Origin: Oscillospiraceae bacterium
Lineage (GTDB): Bacteria; Bacteroidota; Bacteroidia; Bacteroidales; Bacteroidaceae
Direction of reading: 5' to 3'
NCBI GenBank assembly: GCA_963654095.1
Contig: CAVKAH010000002.1
Location: 1 to 51,308 of the forward strand
DNA length: 51,308 nucleotides
Made by a program: the position numbers and the translations under genes. Below the pieces are notes generated by a model that did no database searches, was not told the origin of the DNA, and worked only from the letters and a program-made list of their open reading frames with translations. Positions 36,683 through 46,084 of this stretch are shown here, in pieces. Numbering within the stretch: position 1 is the first letter of the stretch; every line of letters starts with the position of its first letter.

Positions 36683-38014
36683 TTACTCCACAATCTCACC
36701 AAGTAGCGTAGCACTTGTGCTTCCTGTTATTCTCACCTTTAGAGTCTCTCCAATATGATGATTTCCTTTGTCAAAGACTACAGCCTTATTCTGCTCTGTA
36801 CGTCCCATCAGCTGTTGGCGACTACGTTTGCTAAATCCTTCAACGAGAACATCAAACTCTTTGCCTTCATCTTTCTTGTTTTGCTGTGCGCTAACCTCAG
36901 TCTGGAGTTTTATAAGTTCATTGAGTCGCTGTATCTTAGTATCTTCCGACACGTTGTCTGGCAGGTGTTTAGCTGCGTATGTGCCAGGGCGTTCAGAATA
37001 TTTGAACATGAAAGCGGAGTCGAAACCTACCTCTTTTACTAACGACAGAGTAAGCTGTTGGTCTTCTTCTGTTTCATCATGGTAGCCTACAAATATATCC
37101 GTAGTGATTCCGCAGCCTGGGATAATGCGTCGAATAGCGTCGATTGTCTCAAGATATTGTTCCCTTGTATATTTGCGGTTCATCAGTTTCAGTATCTTGT
37201 TGCTACCGCTTTGTGCTGGGAAATGTATATGTTTGCAGATGTTAGGCTCGTCAGCTATGGCATGAAGGATATCTTCCGTCATGTCTTCAGGGTTTGATGT
37301 GGTAAACCGTACCCTCATCTCTGGAACCTCTTGGGCTACTTTTCGCAGCAATTCAGCAAAGCTCACGCTGCCTTCCATGCGTTTGCCAGCAGGAGTAAGT
37401 CCGTAGCTGTTCACGTTTTGTCCCAATAGTGTAACTTCTTTAAAGCCACGGTCGCGCAAATCTCTAACCTCTCTGAGGATGCTCTCCACGTCTCTGCTTC
37501 TCTCTCGTCCTCTTGTATAAGGTACGATGCAGTAGTGGCAGAAATTGTTGCAGCCACGCATAATGCTTACAAAACCGCTAACTTTGCTACCACCGATGCG
37601 CTGTGGCACGATGTCTCGATAGGTCTCTGTCTTCGACAATTCTATATTTATGGCATTGCTACCATTCTCACATTGTGCTATAAGGTCAGGTAATGTGAGG
37701 TAGCTATCTGGGCCACAAACGAGGTTAGCATAATGGTTTTCGATTAGGTCGTCCTTCACCCTCTCCGCCATACAACCGAGTACGCCAAGGATAAGTTTCC
37801 TTCCTTTCTTCTGTTCGGCATGGAGTGTTTCCAGTCTATTATATATTTTGTTTTCTGCATTCTCTCTGATGCTGCAAGTATTAAGTAGGATAGCATCAGC
37901 TTCCTCTTCCTTTTCGCAAAGTTCGTAACCCGCCATTTGCATTACCGCAGCTACAACTTCGCTGTCGGCAACGTTCATTTGGCATCCGTATGTCTCTATA
38001 AAGAGTTTTTTCAT
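36683..38014 (-). CDS. miaB: tRNA (i6A37) methylthiotransferase
   Basis: TYGCQMN, NTCSIRE, GCMAE, the radical-SAM motif GCNNFCHYC, YSERPGT and a C-terminal TRAM domain. Confidence 0.96.
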   Translation of the reverse strand: MKKLFIETYGCQMNVADSEVVAAVMQMAGYELCEKEEEADAILLNTCSIRENAENKIYNRLETLHAEQKKGRKLILGVLGCMAERVKDDLIENHYANLVCGPDSYLTLPDLIAQCENGSNAINIELSKTETYRDIVPQRIGGSKVSGFVSIMRGCNNFCHYCIVPYTRGRERSRDVESILREVRDLRDRGFKEVTLLGQNVNSYGLTPAGKRMEGSVSFAELLRKVAQEVPEMRVRFTTSNPEDMTEDILHAIADEPNICKHIHFPAQSGSNKILKLMNRKYTREQYLETIDAIRRIIPGCGITTDIFVGYHDETEEDQQLTLSLVKEVGFDSAFMFKYSERPGTYAAKHLPDNVSEDTKIQRLNELIKLQTEVSAQQNKKDEGKEFDVLVEGFSKRSRQQLMGRTEQNKAVVFDKGNHHIGETLKVRITGSTSATLLGEIVE

Positions 38015-38076
38015 TCTTAGTTTTAATATACAGTTTGGGTGCGAAATTACGAAATTATTGTGGTTTATGCAAATTT

Positions 38077-40275
38077 TTAGTCATCGGCAATGCTGAAGTC
38101 AAGTTGTTTCTTTTCGAGGTTAGCCTTAGCAACTTGAATACGTACAGCGTCGCCAAGCTGGTATTTGTTATGGTGGCGACGACCAATGAGACAGTAGTTA
38201 CGCTCATCGAAGTCGTAATAGTCGCCCTTGAGATCGCGCAGCGGCACCATGCCTTCGCAATGGTTTTCGTCAATCTCGCAGTATATGCCGTAGGATGTCA
38301 GACCGCTGATGTGTGCATCAAAAGTCTGTCCTATCTTGTCGCCCATAAACTCTACCATCTTATATTTAATACTGTCGCGTTCTGCATTCTGTGCTATCTG
38401 CTCCATCTCGCTCGAGTGTTCGCACAGCTCCTCATAGTGTTCCTTATTGGCAGAGCGTCCTCCCTCTTGATAGCGGGTTAGCAGTCTGTGTACCATAGTG
38501 TCGGGATAGCGGCGGATAGGACTGGTGAAATGGGTGTAGTATTCAAAGGCTAGTCCATAGTGTCCTATATTGTGAATGCTGTATTTCGCTTTCATCATCG
38601 CCCTCAACGCTACGGTTTCTATAGCTTTTTGTTCCTTCTTGCCGTTACATTCGTCTAGCAATGCGTTGAGGCTCTTTGATATTGCGCCCTTGGTACCATC
38701 GGTTTTAACTTTATATCCGAACTTAACAACAAACTGTCTAAGCGTCTCCAGCTTCGTTGGATCTGGCTGGTCGTGGATACGGTAAGGTAGCGTCTTGGCT
38801 TTCTTGCCCTTTCCTACCTTGCCAATACTCTCCGCCACAGTGCGGTTGGCGAGTAGCATAAACTCCTCTACGAGCTTATTGGCATCCTTCGATGTCTTAA
38901 AGTAGCAACGTGTAGGCTTGCCTTTCTCGTCAATGTCAAAGCGCAGTTCTTCACGGTCGAACTTAACAGAACCGTGTTTAAATCTGGCGGCACGCAGTCG
39001 TTTTGCCAGTTTGTCGAGCATTAAAAGCTCTCTTGCATATTCTCCTTCGTATTCTTTTCCTTTGAGGATAGGGGCTGGCTTGCCTGTGCCGTCTACTACA
39101 CCGTTCTTTTCCAGTATATCTTGCACTTCTTCGTAAGTAAACCTACGATTGCTTTTTATTACACAATGGTGCAGTCGCCAGCGTAGTACGTCGCCCTCCT
39201 CGTTCATGTCGAAGATAACGCTGTATGTCAGTTTCTCCTCGTTAGGACGCAGAGAGCAGATAAAGTTGCATAGCCTTTCAGGCAGCATAGGTATTGTTCT
39301 GTCTACGAGATATATACTTGTGGCACGCTTCACGGCTTCTTTGTCTATAACGGAACCCTCCGTAACGTAGTGGGAAACGTCGGCGATATGCACACCTACC
39401 TCCCATAATCCCTTCGACAACTCTCTGATTGACAGTGCATCATCAAAGTCTTTGGCATCGTGCGGGTCGATAGTGAAGGTGGTAACATCACGGAAATCTT
39501 CACGCTCATTATAGTCTTTCTCCGTAATAGTAGGGTCAATTTTATCTGCAGCGTCCTCCACATTCTTAGGATATTTGTATGGCAAATTGTATTGAGCGAG
39601 TATGGAATTCATCTCCACATCGTTGTCGCCACTCTCTCCGAGTACGTCCACCACTTCGCCAATCATATTTTTGTTATCCTTAGAAGGCCATTGTGTTATC
39701 CTAACCACTGCCTTGTCGTTAGTCTTTCCACCCTTCAGCTTGCGCTTTGGTATGATAACATCGTGCACAAAGATATTGCCATCAGAGATGAGAAAGGCAA
39801 AATCCTTCTCCACCCTTAGTCTGCCCACGAAGGTATCTTTGGCTCTCTGCAGGATATTCGTTACCATAGCCTCTCTGATGTGGTTCTTTCGGCGAGCCAT
39901 AAGTGTAAATTGCACCTTGTCGCCAGTAAGGGCAAACATAGAGTTGCGCTCTGCTACGAATATTGGAGCTGCACCATCGTCAGGAACTACGGTATTCTTT
40001 CCGTTCGACTTGCGCTGGAAATAACCCTCCTGCACCTGCCCGTTCATGTTGAGTTGGTATGCGTTGTCGCCTTTCCTAACTAGGAAATCGTCCCATGCCA
40101 TCTCTTCCATTACGTCTACGGCAAGCATCTTTGCAGGATGCGTATCTAGTCTTAGAGCACGGAATATTTCTTTAAAGCTATGTTGTTTGTCTGGGTTCTG
40201 AACAAAGAAATCTTGCAGTTTTTCGGCAATTTGCTTCTTGTTTAGTCGTCTTTTTCCTTTTCCACCTTTTGCCAT
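38077..40275 (-). CDS. rnr: Ribonuclease R
   Basis: TIDPHDAKDFDDALS, VHIADV, EEFMLLAN, HFTSPIRRYPD and a C-terminal S1 domain. Confidence 0.96.
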   Translation of the reverse strand: MAKGGKGKRRLNKKQIAEKLQDFFVQNPDKQHSFKEIFRALRLDTHPAKMLAVDVMEEMAWDDFLVRKGDNAYQLNMNGQVQEGYFQRKSNGKNTVVPDDGAAPIFVAERNSMFALTGDKVQFTLMARRKNHIREAMVTNILQRAKDTFVGRLRVEKDFAFLISDGNIFVHDVIIPKRKLKGGKTNDKAVVRITQWPSKDNKNMIGEVVDVLGESGDNDVEMNSILAQYNLPYKYPKNVEDAADKIDPTITEKDYNEREDFRDVTTFTIDPHDAKDFDDALSIRELSKGLWEVGVHIADVSHYVTEGSVIDKEAVKRATSIYLVDRTIPMLPERLCNFICSLRPNEEKLTYSVIFDMNEEGDVLRWRLHHCVIKSNRRFTYEEVQDILEKNGVVDGTGKPAPILKGKEYEGEYARELLMLDKLAKRLRAARFKHGSVKFDREELRFDIDEKGKPTRCYFKTSKDANKLVEEFMLLANRTVAESIGKVGKGKKAKTLPYRIHDQPDPTKLETLRQFVVKFGYKVKTDGTKGAISKSLNALLDECNGKKEQKAIETVALRAMMKAKYSIHNIGHYGLAFEYYTHFTSPIRRYPDTMVHRLLTRYQEGGRSANKEHYEELCEHSSEMEQIAQNAERDSIKYKMVEFMGDKIGQTFDAHISGLTSYGIYCEIDENHCEGMVPLRDLKGDYYDFDERNYCLIGRRHHNKYQLGDAVRIQVAKANLEKKQLDFSIADD

Positions 40276-40398
40276 AATCGTAATGTGTTATGTTCGTATT
40301 AGTATTCTTTGATGCGAAGTTACGAATTTTTTCTTTCTTTTGTTCCTATGCCAACATATTTGTATCTATTCTGTTATGATTATTTAGCATTATCTTTA

Positions 40399-40590
40399 GG
40401 CGTGTTCTAAAAATTCCACGCATTATTAAAATCTATTTTGACGGATATACTCTTTGTGTCTTTTTGCTTTTATCCGGCATCTTTTTCGTCCTTCTTCAGT
40501 CGCATAGCCCGCTATGCTCCTTCAGAAAGACAGAAAAATCTGCTCGAATAAAAAGCAAAAATACATCAAAGGTAATTTTTAGAACCCGCC
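40399..40590. mobile_element. 192-bp non-coding MITE-like element with terminal inverted repeats and a long internal hairpin
   Basis: Left TIR GGCGTGTTCTAAAAATT and right TIR AATTTTTAGAACCCGCC are 16/17 complementary. An imperfect inverted repeat spans 40452-40571, centred on GCATAGC-CC-GCTATGC. A related copy lies at 32630-32716. Confidence 0.8.
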
Positions 40591-40600
40591 TTTAAATAAA

Positions 40601-40635
40601 AAGGATATACTTAGCGTATCGTCAAGTATATCCTT
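40601..40635 (-). terminator. Terminator-like hairpin with no adjacent upstream gene
   Basis: Perfect 12-bp stem AAGGATATACTT / AAGTATATCCTT with an A-run on the left. Confidence 0.65.
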
Positions 40636-40685
40636 ACGTTAGCTCATGATATAGTTTAATGTGAGAGATGTGTATAGTAAGGTAT

Positions 40686-40744
40686 CACACTTTTACGTCC
40701 TTAAAAATGTAAATATGCACACTTTTACGTCCTTAAAAGTGTTG
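40686..40744. repeat. Two 21-bp exact direct repeats, each part of a 9-6-9 palindrome
   Basis: CACACTTTTACGTCCTTAAAA at 40686-40706 and 40718-40738 (period 32). Extended, they read ACACTTTTA-CGTCCT-TAAAA(A/G)TGT. Confidence 0.88.
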
Positions 40745-40808
40745 TAGGGAGAGTTAATATCCTTATTTAGGGCAGCGAATAGTGTTTCTGAGAGGATAAG
40801 AAAAGTAC

Positions 40809-40848
40809 AAAAAAAGCACCGACATTGCCTATAAGACATTGCCGGTGC
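40809..40848 (-). terminator. Rho-independent terminator of the TlpA/Omp28 operon
   Basis: The minus-strand RNA GCACCGGCAAUGUCU-UAU-AGGCAAUGUCGGUGC is followed by U7. Confidence 0.82.
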
Positions 40849-40881
40849 GGATATAAATGTAAAAAATATGAGGTGCGAAGA

Positions 40882-42849
40882 TTACTTAACCATCACTTTC
40901 ATAGTAGAGCCGTCAGACATCTTCACGATGTTCAAACCCTTCTGAGGAGCTGAAAGCTGTACACCGTCGAGTGAGTAGCGTGCAACTTCTGTAGCTGCTT
41001 TATCAGATGAAATAGCATTGTTGATACCTGTTGCATCACTAAGTTTCACGCTGTTTGCATTGTTAACCCATACTTCATCGTATGCTGAGGCGTATGTATC
41101 ACTAACTTTAAGAGGGCTGCTTATGAAAGCAACTACATGCATATTGTCTGCAGTCCATGCTTTATCGAGTGTTACCTCGTAATCTTTCTCAAATTTATTG
41201 CCATTCCATACAACTGCATCTCCCAATGGAGCACTTACAATCTTACGAAGTACGTTGTTGTGTGTGAACTTGTAGTTATATGTACCATTATTATTCTGCT
41301 TTGCTACAAGACCGTCTTCTGTCAGATAAACAGTAACCACAGCATCTTCGCCAAGTAGCTTCTGAACATTGTCTACACCCTCACCAGAAACCTTTATTCC
41401 AAGAGTTTTTGTTGTTTCATCATAAGTTGTTGCAATATCAACAGTGGTGAATGCAGGAATTTCCTTATTACTATAGTCGATAACGGTGCTGAACATTTTT
41501 GCAACTTGTGTGGCATAAGTAGTGTTATATCCAAGTCCAAAAGAAAGATTGCCGTCATTTGTACCACCGTAAACTGGTGCTAAGTAGTATCTGTTGAATG
41601 TTGCAGTAGGGTATCCTGTTGTTGCATAGTTCATGTAAGTGCTTGCATCACTTATTGTGTAGATATCATTTCCTGTTGACATGTTTCCGTGTAATGAAAC
41701 CCATGCAATATCACTTCTTTGTTTTGTTAATGTCTCAAGAATTGTTATACCATAAGGACAAGCCGAACAATACTGTGATGTAAAATGCTCTATAAGTTGT
41801 TTTTGGTGACTTAAGCTGTCGGCAAAAATCTTAAACTTTGTAGTAAGAACATCGTCATCTGTATTTTCTGGTGTTTGACCATTAACAGATTTGATGTAAA
41901 CAGTAAGCTCATTTTCTTCGCCAACAGCTTTTAAGTTAGCTGCAGGAAGAGTGATAACTCCACCGAAGTACTGGCTTACACTTGTTACATCAACTTTTTT
42001 CTCTGTTTCAGCAGATGTGTTATCGAAGGTTTTAATTTCTGTTCCGTTCAGCTTAACACCATATTCTGCGCTACTAAATGTAGCACCCAAGTTTGTGCTT
42101 CCACTGAAATAAACCATTGTTTCATTACCTTTAACAAATTTCGGAACGTATAGATCTTCTATCTTTCCATCCAACTTAGAGAAGCCACCATCCTTTTCAA
42201 CAATAAGCTGAACACTTACACTACCATAATCTGTTCCCATATTATACCAGCCAAGACCAGAGCCTAAATTAGCATAGCAATAGAAACATCCATCATACGC
42301 TACCTTAGAATTGGTTGAAATTGGATAGTTTGAGCTTGTCTGTTTGTAGCTAAATCCAATTAAGAGGGCATCGTCTGTACCAATAGTATAATCAGAAGTT
42401 ACATTAACTTCGTTCCATCCAACTTTTGTAGAAGATATTTCTTGTTCAAAGATGTTTTTACCTAAACCATTTCCTACAGGTGCTGCAAAGGCAACAACCC
42501 CATCTGCTGCGTCACAAAGTCCAACACGTATTCCTACAATTTTAGCACCTTTGTATGGAGCAAGCATAGTCTTGTCTAACATTGCTCCTACTTTAATTGT
42601 TCCAGGAAGACTTGTAATTCCTAATCCTTCCTTTGTAGAAGCTAAATCATCTGTCGTATATGGACCTAAGTAAGTTTGATTCTCTGCCAAAGCTTTCTTA
42701 GGAGCGGTTTTCTTTACGCTTTTAAATTCTGTTTTTACATCTGATTTATGCTCAAATGTAATACCTTTTGGTACAAGTGTCTTTATTTGTGCACTTGCCC
42801 ATGTGCTTGTAAGCAGTAACACTGCTAATGAAAGTAATGATTTCTTCAT
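40882..42849 (-). CDS. T9SS cargo protein with an Omp28-like thioredoxin domain
   Basis: Signal peptide (ASA-Q), LIEHFTSQYCSACP, GYPT..FNR, YLTEDGL...HNNVLR and NMHVVAFI Omp28 motifs, and the CTD YSLDG...KGLNIV...KVMVK. Start moved to the ATG at 42849. Confidence 0.85.
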   Translation of the reverse strand: MKKSLLSLAVLLLTSTWASAQIKTLVPKGITFEHKSDVKTEFKSVKKTAPKKALAENQTYLGPYTTDDLASTKEGLGITSLPGTIKVGAMLDKTMLAPYKGAKIVGIRVGLCDAADGVVAFAAPVGNGLGKNIFEQEISSTKVGWNEVNVTSDYTIGTDDALLIGFSYKQTSSNYPISTNSKVAYDGCFYCYANLGSGLGWYNMGTDYGSVSVQLIVEKDGGFSKLDGKIEDLYVPKFVKGNETMVYFSGSTNLGATFSSAEYGVKLNGTEIKTFDNTSAETEKKVDVTSVSQYFGGVITLPAANLKAVGEENELTVYIKSVNGQTPENTDDDVLTTKFKIFADSLSHQKQLIEHFTSQYCSACPYGITILETLTKQRSDIAWVSLHGNMSTGNDIYTISDASTYMNYATTGYPTATFNRYYLAPVYGGTNDGNLSFGLGYNTTYATQVAKMFSTVIDYSNKEIPAFTTVDIATTYDETTKTLGIKVSGEGVDNVQKLLGEDAVVTVYLTEDGLVAKQNNNGTYNYKFTHNNVLRKIVSAPLGDAVVWNGNKFEKDYEVTLDKAWTADNMHVVAFISSPLKVSDTYASAYDEVWVNNANSVKLSDATGINNAISSDKAATEVARYSLDGVQLSAPQKGLNIVKMSDGSTMKVMVK

Positions 42850-42865
42850 GTTAGTGAATTTATAA

Positions 42866-43534
42866 TTATTTATTAAGAATCTTGACAGTCTTGCCATTAG
42901 ACAGAACAACAATATTTAAACCCTGTTGTAGAGAGTCTATTCTTTGACCATTTGGTTTATAATAAGCAACAGGATTAGCCTTTCCTGTTTCTACACCATT
43001 TATAGATGTTGGGTCTGAATATACGAATTTTACTGTTATCTTAGGGCCATAAGCCTTAAAAGTGTCATAGTCTGGTAATGTAGTTCCAAAGATTGTCTTT
43101 TCTTTAACCTCCATTATCTTGAGCTGGAACGTAACTGTACATGTTCCGTATGATGTAGGTATCCACTCTGTTTGAAAGCTTAATGACTGGTTAGCTCCTA
43201 TTCCGCCATTCTCTGTACTATAATTCTTGCCAACTTCATTAGTCCCAGGAATACAGTTTGTAGGGAAGCAACACTGTGGAGCTCCATTGTCGAGTTGAGT
43301 AATGGTGAAGTCTACACCTGTTCCTTGTTCCTCATTTGTAGTGTTCTTTACATATAAACCACTGCTAATCTGTAATGTGCCACCAGTAATCTCTGTCTCA
43401 TTTACAGTTATAGTGCTACCATCTTCAACAACATTGCCATTCTTGTCAATAAACTGAAGCGTTGTTAAATCTGTTTGTGCGTATGCCCCAATGCTAAGCA
43501 GGGCTACAATTGCTGATATAAATACTCTTTTCAT
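42866..43534 (-). CDS. Small T9SS cargo protein with a Cys cluster
   Basis: Signal peptide (AYA-Q), a single beta-rich domain with QCCFPTNC, and the CTD YKPNGQ...QGLNIV...GKTVKILNK. Confidence 0.8.
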   Translation of the reverse strand: MKRVFISAIVALLSIGAYAQTDLTTLQFIDKNGNVVEDGSTITVNETEITGGTLQISSGLYVKNTTNEEQGTGVDFTITQLDNGAPQCCFPTNCIPGTNEVGKNYSTENGGIGANQSLSFQTEWIPTSYGTCTVTFQLKIMEVKEKTIFGTTLPDYDTFKAYGPKITVKFVYSDPTSINGVETGKANPVAYYKPNGQRIDSLQQGLNIVVLSNGKTVKILNK

Positions 43535-43547
43535 CTTATTTTGTTTA

Positions 43548-44384
43548 TTATTTTATAGCCACTTTCTCTGTCTGTTGTACACCATCGTTAGTGAATACGA
43601 AAGCAACGACAGACATGTTTTCTGCCTTCCATTCATCTTTAATCTGGATAGAATATGATTTCTTTATGTCGCTATCCTCTACCACATTGATGTCGTCACC
43701 ATTAACATTGCTCAGTGTTGCACGGAACACGTGGTTATGAACATACTCGTTATTCACACTGCCGTCTGGCATATATTGCATGTCTACGATACCATCTTCA
43801 ACGAGCCACACCTGGAGTTTTGCACCGCTAAGTGTATTCAGTCCTGCCACTTCAACGTCAACCTGAAGTGTTTTAGTATCGGCATTATAATTAGTAGTAG
43901 GAATGATAGCTACGGTAGGCTCCGTATTAATCATACCATTAGTATAGGCTGTCCAGTAGCTCAAGTTAGTCAACACCTGACCTCCATATCGGTCTACCAT
44001 ACCGCTCGGTTGTGCCTTTACATTCCATTTAGTATAATAAGAGCTTCCGTCCTCTGTAGTTAGAGACAGAGGTTTGTGCCCTTCTGCTACTGTTGTATAA
44101 CCGAAATCACCACCATAAATACCAACAGCAATGATGTTTTCCTCGCCATAAGTCTCCTGTAACTCTTTTATTTTCTCTGCTGCTTTAGGGCAGTTTACAC
44201 AACGCTGACCAGTGAAATCTTCTATCAGCACATGCTTTTTAACATCAGAAGGTTTGACATAAATAAGGCGTTCATTATCGTCTATGATTGTACAAGATGC
44301 TACAGAAAATACCGTAGCAATAGTCATAATGACACAAAGCCCTTTGCCTACGAATGTGTTATATATATTCTTTATAGATTTCAT
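43548..44384 (-). CDS. Omp28-family outer-membrane lipoprotein with a thioredoxin-like CxxC
   Basis: Lipobox VAS-C, VLIEDFTGQRCVNCP, QPSGMVDR, VWLVEDGI...HNHVFR and NMSVVAFV. Confidence 0.88.
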   Translation of the reverse strand: MKSIKNIYNTFVGKGLCVIMTIATVFSVASCTIIDDNERLIYVKPSDVKKHVLIEDFTGQRCVNCPKAAEKIKELQETYGEENIIAVGIYGGDFGYTTVAEGHKPLSLTTEDGSSYYTKWNVKAQPSGMVDRYGGQVLTNLSYWTAYTNGMINTEPTVAIIPTTNYNADTKTLQVDVEVAGLNTLSGAKLQVWLVEDGIVDMQYMPDGSVNNEYVHNHVFRATLSNVNGDDINVVEDSDIKKSYSIQIKDEWKAENMSVVAFVFTNDGVQQTEKVAIK

Positions 44385-44393
44385 CTCGGATAT

Positions 44394-46067
44394 TTAGAAA
44401 TTATAATTGTATGACAATGTTAAGCCTTTGCTTGCTGGAACCATACGGCAGACACCTCCAGAACAATTATATCCTGCACGTGTTCTACCATAACCCAACT
44501 GCAAGCGATGAGCACCAGTATTGAATGTGATGAGTCCTTGATAATAGTGCAACTTACTTACTCCGCAGTTGTACATATCAGAAACGGTGAACATCCAATG
44601 AGGCACTATGGAAAGTTCGAGCAATCCGTACACCCAGTCGCCCTCATCATCATCTGTTGCAAGATACTGAGCCTCTCCGCGTAGCGTTAATTTGTTATTG
44701 AAACGATATTTAGCATCAGCCACAACGATGTCGGAGTGTACCATTCCGCCCTCGCCTTCTACAATAGTCTTGTTGTAGAACTGGTTCATGTACATAAGGT
44801 TAAGTGTAAAGGAACGTGAGAATTTCTTATCGATATGAACATTCAAGTCCTGATAATACGTTTGGTTTCCCCATTTCCAGAAAGCCGATCCATATCCACT
44901 TGTGCCTTCGCTCTTACCATTATTGGTGTGGTCATTGCGGTCAATAGCATGAACATGAGAGAAGTTTACCTTCACGTCAGTTCCGTATTTACCTCCAAGG
45001 AAAGTATTCCTTTTGAATTTATATCCGAACTCTGCCTGATAAGCCCATTCACCATTAGCCTGTGTGGCATAAGGATAAAGGGCAGCCAAAGCATAGGTTT
45101 GCTCCTGAGTAAATGCAGGCAAGTTGTTGATGTATGACGATAATCCTTGTACGTTGCGGTCGCTGCGGAATGTCATGTTGTCCGAGCGTTTAGCCTGAAG
45201 CAATACGCTTAGGCCGCTCTTTGAATATGAGGCAGACAACATAGCCACCGTACCATTGCGGTAGATGTATGGATATACACGATCGTAAGATGGGTCTTCT
45301 GTCTTCCACGCATACTCTGCCAATACGCTGAAATCACCAGCTTGCAAGTTCGCTCTTACGTCGAAAGCGTTTACGTTGCTAGGCAAATTGAGCTTGTGAG
45401 TGGCGTCTGCCATGATGTTATCGTCTTTAGTAGACTGGTATTTGTTTACCCATGAAGCACCGAGAGTAAGGTATGTGTTATGCTCTTGCATAGACTTGAA
45501 CCACTGGTCGAAGCTCAGTTCCAAGTCGCCACCACTAACCCAAGCGTCGTTCCACTTCCAATAATGGCGCTGCTTTCCTGATAGAGCCTTGATCTGAACA
45601 CCCTTTACAGGACGAATAACAAGGCGTCCGCCGAGCAGAGAGTTGTCGATTCCCAAGCTACGCTCCTCGTATGTACGGAGGATGAAACCCGAACCAAACT
45701 GCTCGTAGAATGTACCAAGCGTGAGGTCCCAATTGTCGAAATGAGTCTTCAGATAGAAGTTTGGCACACCGTATCCTTTGAATCCTTGTTCAGGAGCAGA
45801 GGCATATCCAGGCAGCGGATGCTTTGTAAACTCAAAGCGCAAGCCAGCATCGAGGTGGTTGCTGCGTGCCGCAATGTCGGCGTATGTATTAGTAAGTGCC
45901 CACTCGTTATATTTTTCGGTTCCGATCTTTTTGTCTTCTTGCGGAATGATAATATCGCTCTGTATGCTTCCGCTTACAACAAACTTGTCATCGTCCTTAT
46001 TCTCTTGCGCTGTAATGTTAGAGGCGACAAGAGCAGCAACGAGTGAGAAGAATAGTCTTTTATTCAT
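44394..46067 (-). CDS. DUF6029-like outer-membrane beta-barrel protein
   Basis: Signal peptide, FYEQFGSG.ILR.YEER.LGIDN, alternating beta-strand pattern, and C-terminal GYNCSGGVCR followed by the barrel signal LSYNYNF. Confidence 0.8.
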   Translation of the reverse strand: MNKRLFFSLVAALVASNITAQENKDDDKFVVSGSIQSDIIIPQEDKKIGTEKYNEWALTNTYADIAARSNHLDAGLRFEFTKHPLPGYASAPEQGFKGYGVPNFYLKTHFDNWDLTLGTFYEQFGSGFILRTYEERSLGIDNSLLGGRLVIRPVKGVQIKALSGKQRHYWKWNDAWVSGGDLELSFDQWFKSMQEHNTYLTLGASWVNKYQSTKDDNIMADATHKLNLPSNVNAFDVRANLQAGDFSVLAEYAWKTEDPSYDRVYPYIYRNGTVAMLSASYSKSGLSVLLQAKRSDNMTFRSDRNVQGLSSYINNLPAFTQEQTYALAALYPYATQANGEWAYQAEFGYKFKRNTFLGGKYGTDVKVNFSHVHAIDRNDHTNNGKSEGTSGYGSAFWKWGNQTYYQDLNVHIDKKFSRSFTLNLMYMNQFYNKTIVEGEGGMVHSDIVVADAKYRFNNKLTLRGEAQYLATDDDEGDWVYGLLELSIVPHWMFTVSDMYNCGVSKLHYYQGLITFNTGAHRLQLGYGRTRAGYNCSGGVCRMVPASKGLTLSYNYNF

Positions 46068-46084
46068 ATATAATATAATGTATA

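Noticed and set aside
40686..40744. CRISPR array
   Set aside because: Only two 21-bp repeats with an 11-bp gap, and no cas genes.
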